The translations under genes and the position numbers were made by a program. From Torpedo marmorata (Eukaryota), in contig OZ360219.1 in assembly GCA_977017645.1 (NCBI GenBank), forward strand, positions 112,406,001-112,470,000: a stretch of DNA of 64,000 nt, written 5' to 3'. Under the pieces are notes generated by a model, which did not search any database, was not told the DNA's origin, and saw only the letters and a list, made by a program, of their open reading frames with translations. Each line of letters begins with the position of its first letter. Position 1 is the first letter of the stretch. This document shows, piece by piece, positions 36,012 to 47,103 of this stretch.

Positions 36012-39000
36012 TGTCAGGCGTATTCCAACAAGTGGCTGATAGACTGGGAGTTAAACAGATTGTATCCTCTGCGTACCATCCAGAAAGTCAAGGGGCCTTG
36101 GAGAGGTTCCATTCGACTTTGAAAAACATGATTAGAACTTATTGTTGTGAGAAGGAAAAGGATTGGGATGAGGGGGTTCATTTGTTGTTATTTGCAGCGA
36201 GGGAGTCTGTCCAAGAATCACTTGGTTTTAATCCATTCAAGTTAGTTTTCGGACATGAGATGAGAGGTCCTTTAAGGTTATTAAAAGAACAGTGCATTAA
36301 TAGTGATGTGCATTTAAATCTGATGGATTATGTTTCCAAATTTAAGGATCGGTTGCATTAAGCTTGTGAGAAGGCAAAGGAGACTTTAAAGGCCACTCAA
36401 CAGAGAATGAAGGTTTGGTATGATTGAAAGGCTAAGATGAGAACTTTTAAACCTGGTGAGAACGTATTAGTTCTGTTTCCCACACATTCAAATCGTCTTA
36501 TGGCTAGATTTTCAGGACCCTATAGAGTTAAGGCAAAAATTAATGATGTCACCTATGTCATAGAAACACCTAATCGCAGACGAGACACACAGGTCTGTCA
36601 TGTGAATATGATTAAGCCATATTTTGAACAGGTGCCGCACAAAGAGTCTGAACATTTACCAGAGGTGCTGGTTATCGATCAGGATAAGGAGACAGATAAA
36701 ACCAGTTTCAGAGAGGGTCATGGGACTGTTAATTATCTGGGTTATGTAGTAGGACAGGGGCAGTTGGCGCCAGTAGAGGCAAAGGTTGTGACTATTTCCG
36801 AGTTCCCTGTTCCAACTGGTAAGAAAACTTTGAGGAGGTTCCTGGGAATGATTGGCTACTACCGCAAGTTCTGTAAAAACTTTGCGGATCTTGCGCTCCC
36901 TCTCATAAATTTGTTTAGAAAGGGTGAAAAATTTGTATGATCGACAGGTTGTCAGGAAGCATTTGTCAAATTGAAAGCCATTTTATGCCACCAACCTGTG
37001 CTTAAGTCACCTGATTTAGGACAGCCATTTTCTTTAGCCGTGGATGCCAGCGATGAAGCTGTGGGTGCGGTGATGTTACAGAGGAAGAACGAAGAGGACT
37101 CGAAGAAGTTCAATGATCATCAAAGGAATTATTCAACCATAGAAAAAGAGTTGTTAGCTCTTGTTGGTTCTACAACTCTTTGATGCGTATATCTGTACAG
37201 CTCAAAAACCACTCATAGTGTATACTGACCATAATCCATTGGTTTTTCTTTGTAAAATGAAAAATAAGAATCGACGGTTGTTGAATTTGAGTCTAATTTT
37301 GCAAGAATATGATTTAATAATAACACATAAAAGGGAAAGATAATGTAATCACTGATTGTCTTTCTAGATGCTAAACTTTATAAATGAAAATAGTTCATAT
37401 TTTTGTGTTTATGGATGAACATTGTGGGTTTTGCTTATATTGTGACACCTCAATTAATTTCCAAAATTTTATTCTTGCAGACCAAAATTTTCTTTGTGGG
37501 TGGGAGGTGTTATGGACCATGACTGACCATTTGGACTGCGGACGGTCAGCAGGAAGGATGAAGTCTTTTGGAGTACACACTGGGACCAGGTACTGAAAGA
37601 GTTAACTTGCCCAGGACTTCTTGTACTCACAGAGAGAGAGACACCAGAGAGAGACAGACTGTGGAGAGATACTTTGTTGCACTTTTGCAAAAGCAGGTGC
37701 AAACCTCTGCAAAAATCATTCAGATTCAGTTTTTGGAGTTGCAAGAGGCTGGAACAACACAACCAAATCCAGGCTTGTGCATCCCAGGGGAAAAGGCTGG
37801 GAGAATAGCACATGGCCTCCTGTATCAGCAAAATCCTGAGTTAAAACAACTTTCGTGGAGAACAGGCGTGAGATCAGCGAGACAGGCTGTGAGATCCTAG
37901 TTTTCGCCTCAATCAAAACTGATTTGGAATTGCAATCCTCGTGTACCTACCAAAAGCGAAAGTCATCAGGGAAGAAAAGCAGGCCAAGCATTCGTAAGCT
38001 TAAACAGTCATTGTCTCTCTCTCCAACGTTCATTAAGAAGTCCTTCATGCCAACACACAGAGCTGAATTTGGACCCTGAACAGAGAGAGTGATTTTTGTG
38101 GACTGTATTTTTGGGACTGACTTATTTTTATGACTGACCTGGGGTTTTGGGGAAGGTTTTTTTCCATTTTTACATGAGGGTTGGGCACAGACTGTAATGG
38201 TCTGGGCTTTACACACACACTCACTCTTTAGATAAGAATAGTGTTTATAGACGTTTATAGTGGGGTTAATTGTTAAGAAATTATATGTTTTAATTGCCTT
38301 TAATAAATACAAATTTCAATTTTACCCCTTTTGCATTGCGTCTTCTGTCGTTGCTGGTTTGAGTTTGTAACATACATGATTCAAGATAACCCCCAGATTC
38401 AAGAACAGCTTCTTTCTTGCCAATATCAGACTCTCAAATAGATCTCACACTGGCAAAAGATGCCTTTTTAAAAATAAAAAAAAAGTCCTTTTCTCTACAC
38501 CCTGCACTATTTGACATTGCAATGTGACTCCCTACACAGTTGGCCTATCGTGTTGTTATGACTCCACAACCTGCTGCACAAATTGACTTGCCTGGATTGC
38601 ACACAAAATAAAGCTTTGCACTCTAGATTCATACACTTGACTATAAAACAATTTAATTCCAAATCTGAGGGAGAAAAGTTACAATCTGATGAGAATCACT
38701 CTTTACAAAAAAAAAGATTCTACCCTTATGAACCTTTGAACTCAAATGTTTTTTTCTTCTGTACTAAACCTCTCTGGTGTGGTATTGGAGCAGGAGAGCC
38801 ACTGATATTTACCATTACAATTGTTCTCTCATTGTTAAAATATGTATTCTAGTTTTGATCAATGCTGCCAACCAAACACAAAGTGTAATGATCACCAAGT
38901 TTGTTCTCATTTTCACTTTGATGTTATGAAATTACTAGCAGGTTTGCATATTCACAAGATCATAAGACCTAGGAGCAGAAGTAGGCTATTGGGCCTGTCG

Positions 39001-39597
39001 AGTCCGCTCCGCCATTCCATTATAAACTGATCCATTCTCTCACTCAGCCCCACTCCAAATCTATTGTTTCCACGTCTACCACAGCATCCTAAAGGAAAGT
39101 CCAACTTCAAGCTTCTGCATAAAAACACATTTCCCCCAGCATTCCAATGAGTTGCTGAGGTACAGCACAAGTGCCAGGCACTTCTCAATAAATTCAAGGG
39201 AGAGGAAAGAATACACCACTAATTAAAATAAAAACCAAAGAATCGGACGAAGCCTCAGTCGATGTTTCATTAAAAGCTTTGGCATTTGGAAGCATAAAAA
39301 TATCAAACATCGCAATGCTTGCATTGATGTTAATGTTGGGAGAAAATCTCACACTGGGGCAGATTAGGACTGTTGATGACTCTAACCCTTCCAGGTAATC
39401 AGCAATGGTACCCCAGATATTGTGAAGCTGCTTTGTCAAAACACATTAGCCAATGAGCATGGAACTTAAGGTGGGAGCAACAATCAGCATGGGCATCACC
39501 AGCATTTTCCTGGACTCCATCCTTTCATAGTTTTCCCTTTTCATTCTCTCCACACCTCCCTACTTTTTCTGCAACTTTCAACCAATTCTCAATTCTG

Positions 39598-40280
39598 ACA
39601 AGTCTGTAGATGCTGTGATTGTAGTAAAAAAAAAACAAACACAAAAATGCCGGAGGAACTTAGCATGTCCTGCAGCGTCCATAGGAGGTAAGATATATAA
39701 CCACCATTTCAGGCCTGAGCCCTTCTTCAAGGTATGATCAAAAACCAAACAGGTGCCTGAATAAAAAGGCTGGGGGAGGAGGGAAGAAAGGGCAATAGCT
39801 AAAAGGCCATAATTGGACGGATAGGAGAGGAAAGGTGAGCTTTGATCAGGGGAGGGGTGGGGGTTCGGTGAATGCAGAGCTGGAGGAAAAGAGAGAGGGG
39901 AGAGAGAGAGAGAGATCCAACCAGATGGCATTAACATCGACTTCTCTGCCTTTCGTTAACCCCCTCCCCCGCCTTTACCTATCTCTGTCTCTCCATTCCG
40001 TCTCCTTTCGCACAAACATGATAAATTCTTACCTCGTCCCTTATCATATCCAATTAACACCTTTTGTTGTTCTGGATTCCTCCCCCAGCCAGCATTGTCT
40101 GAATGCTGAGAATTTCTGAGATTTCCTGCTTCTGCCTTATTCCTTGATGGGCTCAGGCCCGAAATGTCAGCAATATATCCTTGTCTCCTAAAGATGCTGA
40201 AAAGACCGGCTGAGTTCCTCCAGCATTTCGGTGTGTTTTTACTACAATCACAGCATCTGCATACTTTCGTGTTTCACTCA
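39598..40280. mobile_element. Penelope-like element with two inverted terminal (pLTR) segments
   Basis: 39600-39740 is the reverse complement of 40140-40275; both carry GGGCTCAGGCC(C/T)GAAA; CCAGATGGCATTAACATCGACTTCTC matches the end of the GIY-YIG ORF at ~61670. Confidence 0.75.
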
Positions 40281-41552
40281 CCTCAAAACTGATCAGCAAA
40301 CTCCAAGATCTGGGCCTCAATAACCTACTGGGTAATTGGATCATGGATTTCCTCACCTCCAGACTACAATCGGTGCAGATTGGCAAGAACATCTCCTCCA
40401 CAATCTCCATCAGTACCAGAGCACCACAGGGCTGAGTTCTTAGCTCCCTGCTCTACTCACTTTACACCTATGACTGTGTGGCTCGGTATCACAATAACAT
40501 CATCTTCAAATTTGCTGACGATAGCACGGTAGTGGGTTGTATAAAAGGGGGTGATGGGTCAGCATACAGGAGGGAGATTGAAAACTTGGCTGAATAGTGT
40601 ATTAACAACCTCTCACTCAATGTCACCAAAACCAAGGAGCTGATCGTAGACATTAGGAGGGGAAAACCAGAGGTGTATGGTCCAGTGATCATTGGGGGAT
40701 CAGAGGTGGAGAGGATGAGCAAATTTAAATTCCTGGGAGGGACCATCTCGGAGGATCTTTCCTGGACCCACACATGAATATCATCATGAAGAAAGCACTT
40801 CAGCACCTCTACTTCCTTAGGAGTTTGCGGATGTTTGGTATGACATCGAAAACCTTGGCAAACCTCTACAGATGTGTGAAAGAAAGTGCACGGACCAGCT
40901 GCATCACGGTCTGGTATGGGGACACCAATACCTCTGAGTGGAAAGCCCTGAAAAAGGTAGTGGACATAACCCAGTACATTGCAGGGAAAACTATCCCCAC
41001 CATCGAGAAAATCAACATGGAACGCTGCCGTCAGAGCCCAGCACAAATCATCAAGGATCGACACCACCCAGGACACGCTCTGTTCTCGCTGCTGCCATCA
41101 GAAATGAGGTATAAGTGCCACAAGACTTGTACCACCATGTTCAGGAATAGTTGCTACCCCTCCACCACCTGAGTCCTAAACAATAAACTCAATCAGAGAC
41201 TCATTTAAGGAGTCCTTTGCACATTATTTATTATTGAACATTTATTTTCTGTATTGCAGTCAGTTTGTTTGCAATTTTCTTTGTTTACATTTCTCTCTTT
41301 TGTATACGTATCTTTTCTTGAGTACAGTTGTTTGCAGAATCAGAATTTATTGTCATGAACAAGTCATGAAATTCGGTGTTTTGCGGCAGCATCACAGTGC
41401 AATTAACATTCATATTAACCATCTAATGACATTATTATAAAAAATTATAAACAATAGTGCACGAAAAGTAAGGCAGTGCCTGGCCAACAGGAAAAAGAAT
41501 CTCAGGGTTGTATGTGATGTCATGTATGTTCTCTAACAATAAATCTGAACTT
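40281..41552 (+). mobile_element. Degenerate Rex1/Babar-like LINE, second subfamily
   Basis: RT 3' half and tail GAATCTCAGGGTTGTATGTGATGTCATG...ACAATAAATCTGAA; contains a young Rex tail at 41336-41479. Confidence 0.85.
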
Positions 41553-41692
41553 TGTTTTTGATTCAGATTTTCAGCAGCTGCTGCATTTTGCTTCCTGAGC
41601 CCCTCTACGCTCCCTGGCCCTTTCTAATGTAGCAATGCAAAGAGTCCAGGTCATCTTCCAATGCAAACTTCGCATCAACTCTCAAACCCAAC

Positions 41693-41933
41693 ATTTACAG
41701 CACCAATAGCCTGAATACGACTGGGATTGTCTGATCTCGGAAGCTAAGCAGGCACAGGACTGGTCAGTACTTGGAGGGGAGACCGCTTAGGAACACCAGG
41801 TGCTGTAGGTTTCTGTGAGGGGCGCTGGACAAAGTAGCGACCCTCTGTCTGCCTTACGGTAGACAAAAATTAAAGAATTTCATGTACGTTACATTCTAAA
41901 TGTAGTATTACGTGACAATAATGGAACCTTTAC
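41693..41933 (+). mobile_element. 5S rRNA-derived SINE (SINE3 type): diverged 5S head 41693-41812 plus ~120-bp LINE-like tail
   Basis: GTCTGATCTCGGAAGCTAAGCAGG...TGGTCAGTACTTGGAGGGGAGACCGC...GGTGCTGTAGG aligns with 5S rRNA; tail recurs at 52675-52760. Confidence 0.82.
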
Positions 41934-42624
41934 AAGAGTAAGCAGAGGGTGTGACTCATCATTAAACATCATTCTGATTTGGATTCTTCTACTCCAAGTG
42001 AATCAGAAGACCAAAGTTCCCTCCCACATTGCTACACAGACTGGTGTAGCATGATGGAATCTCCACCACCCATCAGCTGCCAATTAAAACACAAATATCA
42101 TGAAAACCATCAATAAAAAAGAACAGCTTCTCAGAAGCTTAAATTCCAGTCACAGGGCAGCGTAAAATGATAAGGAATTCACTATCGTACACATTGTACA
42201 ATTTACATACCCCTGTATGTACCAAAATTCTTACTTGCTGCAACCAATCAGGTACTTGCAAAGATAGAAACATAGAAAATAGATGTAGGAGTAGGCCATT
42301 TGGCCCTTCAAGCCTACACCGCCATTCGTTTTGATCATGGCTGATCATCCACTCAGTACCCAGTACCAGCTCTCTCTCCATACCCCCTGATAAACTATGA
42401 TAGTAAATTAATGGAATTAAATTAAAAGAGACAATAAATACACAAGATAGATGATAAATATTCAGTCACCCTTGTGCTTAAAAAGTGATTTGCAATTGTG
42501 CAGACATTCCTTTTGTGGTGTCAGAGCAGTGTTCAATTAGTGTACCAAGGGGAGGCTCAAGAGTCTGATAGCTGTTGGAAAAAACATTTCTTGAACCTTG
42601 AGGTGCTGGTTTTCATGCTTCCCA

Positions 42625-43335
42625 ACAATCAGTGGGGGATCAGAGGTGGAGAGGGTGAGAACATTTAAATTCCTGGAAGTCACTATCTCAGAGGATCTTT
42701 ACTGGACCGAACACACAAATATCATTGTGAAGAAAGCACATCAGCGCCTCTACTTCCTCAAGAATTTGCGTAAGTTTAGTATGACATCGAAAACCTTGTC
42801 AAATTTCTACAGGTGTAGAGGAAAGTGTGCTGACAGGCTGCATTGCAGCCTGGTAAGGGGACACCAACATCTCTGAGCGGAAAGTTCTGCAAAATGTAGT
42901 GGACACAGCCTAATACATCACAGGCAAAACTCTCCCCATCATCGAGAAAATCTACGTGAAACGCTGTCGTCGGAGAGCAGCAGCAATCATCAAGGATCCA
43001 CATCAGGTCATGCTCTGTTCTCGCTGCTGCCATCAGGAAAGAGTTATAGGTGCCACAAGACTCGCACCACCAGGTTCAGGAACAGTTGTTACCCCTCCAC
43101 CATCACACTCCTAAACAACAGACTCAATCAGAGACTCATTTAGGGACTCTTACTTTGCACATTATTTATTACTGAATATTTTTTATGCATTGCAGTTTTT
43201 GTTTACATTTCTCTTTTACTTGAGTACAATTTACACAACGATAAATAGAAATTCTGCCTGGCTCGCAGAAAACGAATCTCAGGGTTGTATGTGATGTCAC
43301 GTCTGTACTCTGACAATAATTTGAACTTTGAACTC
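42625..43335 (+). mobile_element. Truncated Rex1/Babar-like LINE, second subfamily
   Basis: EVERVRTFKFL...KKAHQRLYFL and the same tail as 40281-41552. Confidence 0.85.
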
Positions 43336-44675
43336 TGTACCTTCTGCCCGAAGGTAGCAGTGAAAAGAGGTTGTGACCAGGGTGATGTGGGTCCTTTATG
43401 ACGTTGTCAGAAATTGAAATTAATTCCCTCCATTGCTTCCCTTTTAAATATGATGTTGTTACTCAATGTGCACCACACTGTGTATTCAAACCTTTCCGCT
43501 TCCCTGGATACCAAACTAACAACTGCATTCAATATAGTTCACCACAGAAACACTCTCCTAATGAAAGCAGTGGAGTAGTGGTGCCACCTGCAGGTACTAC
43601 ATATTAACTGCACCTGCAGGAGCTGCATTCAATAAATTTTCTTTGATGAAAATGAACTAAATCTGGAAGAAAATCTGTCACAGCTAAAATATTTCTTACC
43701 CAACTAACCTCCACTCAAGGCAACGACAGATTGATGCTGAAGGAGTGTGATCTCAACAGCCCTGTTCATTCTCAAGGAGAATGCGGCTGATTCGGTTTTT
43801 GGAAGGCTCTGAGCTGGTGTCAAAAAAGCCAATGAACACGCAAGCTGCACAATTCCTTTACAAAATTCCTTGCCTACGTCAAGGTAGTTTATTCTGCTTG
43901 CAAACAATGATGCAACAGAGTCTGTATGGCTTGATTTTGTTCAAAATACACAAGTGAATGCGGATGCTGGAATCTAGAGCAAAAAAAAACAAGCCACTGA
44001 GCAAGACAGGCAGCATCTGTGGAGGGTAACGTAGTCAATGTTTCCGGTTGAGACCATTCATCCAGGACTCCTTTAATGATGATATCATAAGGATCCTCCC
44101 AGCTCCATACAAAACCAGGAGGAAAAAAAAAATCAGCCCCTGCAGCATCAACCCCTCACTTCATTTAATTAGCACCCTGGTTGTTAAATGACATGCTGTC
44201 TCTTAAAGCCAAACAGTTTGGATGCAACTCACACATCACACCTGGAGTGCAAATATGAGCAATTAAAGATGAATGTCTTGGGCAGGAGTAGACATTCTGC
44301 TGAGCACCTTGTGTGGTCGAACAGCTTCAGATTAACACTCAAATGTTGTTGGTCCCGTTGATTTGAACAGAGTAGCACTGAAATATGTCTCCATTGGTGG
44401 CAATGCCAGTTAAATTAATATTTTATGGTAAAATGGAGTGGGGAGTTGCTGGGAATGTGTAAATAGGATAAGTTGCAGTGTAAATTAATGAGGGAGGGAG
44501 TGGGGGGATTGAGATGGTTTTGAGAGGCAGCATGGACTAAATAGGCCAAAACGTTCTTCCTCAATGTCATAAGGAAATTGAAATATGGTCGGAGAGCAAA
44601 TAAAAACCATTGTTTTGAGTAATGAGGGGGCCAAAATCCACCCATCACTTTTATCCCATTAGTGATTTTGTAATA

Positions 44676-45027
44676 CAGGTAGTCCTCGACATCCGACCTA
44701 CGCGAGATACGCCCACCCGCACATACGACCGAAAAAAATTTTTGTATTAAAAGTACTGTATATACAGTGAAACCCAGATTTTACGTGCCCAATTTAACGT
44801 GAATTCTGATATAACGCGATGAGTCATTGGACTCGGGCGTCGGGCTCCCGGCAGGAGCGGGGGCGTCGGGAAAGACACGGCAGTTCCAAATACAGATGCA
44901 CACGGGTTTATACTCAGACGTTCCGATACTTCAAACACAAGTACTGGATCATTGGGTCAGGTAGGGTGAACCCGACTTACGACCAATCCGTCGGTCCCAA
45001 TTACGGTCGTAAGTCGAGGACTACCTG
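44676..45027. mobile_element. Tc1/mariner-pogo (Tigger-like) MITE
   Basis: TIRs CAGGTAGTCCTCGAC(A/T)T(C/A)CGACC flanked by TA on both sides; CpG-rich. Confidence 0.85.
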
Positions 45028-45627
45028 TACAGTATACCTACATCACGAGGCTCAAAAACTCAAACTATGTAACACCTAAAGAACCAACAATGCTGCTAAC
45101 ATAACAAGCTCCTCGAATGACGTCAGACTCAATGCTTGCTTTCCTCATGACAGGTTCCCAAATGGGTAACAGAAATTAAACCCAAGTGGCAAGTTGAATT
45201 TACAAAATGGCCAACAGGAAACTGTGAATGCTGTATCTATGCACTAAACACTGTTTCCTACCTGACTCAAGGTCAAAATTCCCAAGCTGTTCACAGATCG
45301 CCAACCACTAAAAATGAGGGTGGTCTGAACATTTTGTACTTTTGCACCATGTTCCTCCCCATGGTCTTACAGCCCACCTAATGTAATTTATATCAAACAA
45401 TGGCAAATATCTGTCCATCAGCCATCCTGCTTTGCTTAGGTATAACAAATCGTTTATAGCTAATTGTGCAAAGATAATGAGTGCATAAGTTAATAAATTT
45501 TTAAAGAGATGAAAATGTACTCTTATGACATTTACTCCATGGAATTCTCCGTGCAAGAAAGCAGTTGAAGCAGCCTCGTTAATTGCATTTAAGACACCCA
45601 TAGTTAGATCTTTAAATAGGGAAATCA

Positions 45628-46715
45628 GTGACCACAATCAGTGAAGATTGGTAAGAACTTCTCCTCCACAATCTCCATCAGTACCAGAGCACCACAGGGC
45701 TGTGTTCTTAGCCCCCTGCTCTACTCACTTTACACCTACGACTGTGTGGCTCGGTACAACAATAATACCATCTACAAATTTGCGAACGATACCACGGTAG
45801 TGGGTTGTATAAAGGAAGGGGATGAGTCAGCATACAGGATAGAGATTGAAAACTTGGCTGAATGGTGCATCAACGACAACCTTGCACTCAATGTCACCAA
45901 AACTAAGGAGCTGATTGTTGACTTCAGGAAAGGAAAGCCAGAGGTATACAATCCAGTGATCATTGGGGGATCAAAGATGGGAGAGGGTGAGCAAATTTAA
46001 GTTCTTGGGAGTCAATATCTCGGAGGATCTTTCCTGGACCCAACACACCAATGGCATCGTGAAGAAAGCATGTCAGCGCCTCTACTTCCTCAGGAGTTTG
46101 CAGAGGTTTGGTATGATATCAGAAACCCTGGCAAATTTCTACAGAGGTGTGTTGGAAAGTGTGCTGACCGGCTGCATCATGGTCTGGTATGGAAATACCA
46201 ATACCCCTAAGCGTAAAGCCCTCCAAAAGGTAGTGGACACAGCCCATGACATCACAGGCAAAACCCTCCCCACTATTGAGTACATCTACAGGGAACGCTG
46301 CTGTCGGAGAGCAGCAGCAATCATCAAAGACCCACACCACCCAGCGCACGCTCTGTTCTCGCTGCTGCCATCAGGAAAGAGAATCAGTGCCACAAGACTC
46401 GCACCACCAGGTTCAGAAACAGCTGTTACCCCTCCACCATCAGACTCCTCAACGACAAACTCAATCAGAGGCTCTTTTAAAGACTCTTATTTGTGCACTT
46501 TATTGATTTTCTTTTTGTTCTCTCTGTATTGCAGTCAGTTTGTTTACATTTGTTATCTGTTTACAGTTCTTTATTTGTTTACATGTTTTACGCTGTGTAC
46601 AGTTTATTTTTTACACTACCAATTAGTGGTAATTCTGCCGTGCCCACAGGAAAAAGGAATCTCAGGGTTGTATGTGATGTCATGTATGTTCTCTGACAAT
46701 AAATCTGAAATCGAA
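45628..46715 (+). mobile_element. Truncated Rex1/Babar-like LINE, second subfamily
   Basis: PQGCVLSPLLYSLYT, KFANDTT, HPAHALFSLLPSGKR; characteristic tail. Confidence 0.88.
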
Positions 46716-47103
46716 ATTAAGGGTTATGGGGAACGGGCAGGTAAGTCGAGCTGAGTCAACAGCCATATCAGTGAATAGCGGAGCAGGTTCGATGGGCCAG
46801 ATGGCCCACTCCTATTTCGTATGCAGAGAAAGCAGCCACATTGCCTCCCAACACTGCCTGCTCACGATGATGGTGCAGATGACAACACACAAAAATGAGA
46901 AGTTCTGGAAACACGAGTGATGGATGAGTGTGAGCTTAGTCTTTACGGCCCCAGGAAGACAGTAAAAAATTCATTCCCAAATCATATGAATGAGTGCTTT
47001 ATGTAATGAAAAAAAAGTGCAAAAGGCATTGAAAAGGTAGTGGACACAGCCCAGGACATTACTGGCAAAGCCCTCCCCAGTATTGAGTACATCTTCAGGG
47101 AGA

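Larger units (their letters stand above)
31945..38372 (+). mobile_element. Gmr1-type LTR retrotransposon, copy B (5' LTR fused to integrase by deletion at ~32215; 3' LTR 37508-38372)
   Basis: Integrase HSTPLGGH...CHTC, VIVDCVG precedes RT remnant and RNase H (AVDASD); purine-rich PPT before the 3' LTR. Confidence 0.92.
31290..38665 (+). mobile_element. Old Rex1/Babar-like LINE fragment (31290-31944 and 38373-38665) hosting Gmr1 copy B
   Basis: Degenerate RT 3' sequence ...ggcagaaggtaca | ...cagattcaagaacagcttc continues across the LTR element. Confidence 0.7.

Noticed and set aside
31939-38378. 6-bp TSD (TACACG/TACATG) for Gmr1 copy B
   Set aside because: Imperfect and inconsistent with the 4-bp TSD of copy C; unresolved.
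41693-41812. Functional 5S rRNA gene
   Set aside because: Many substitutions in the 5' half, no T4 terminator, solitary, and joined to a retroposon-like tail.
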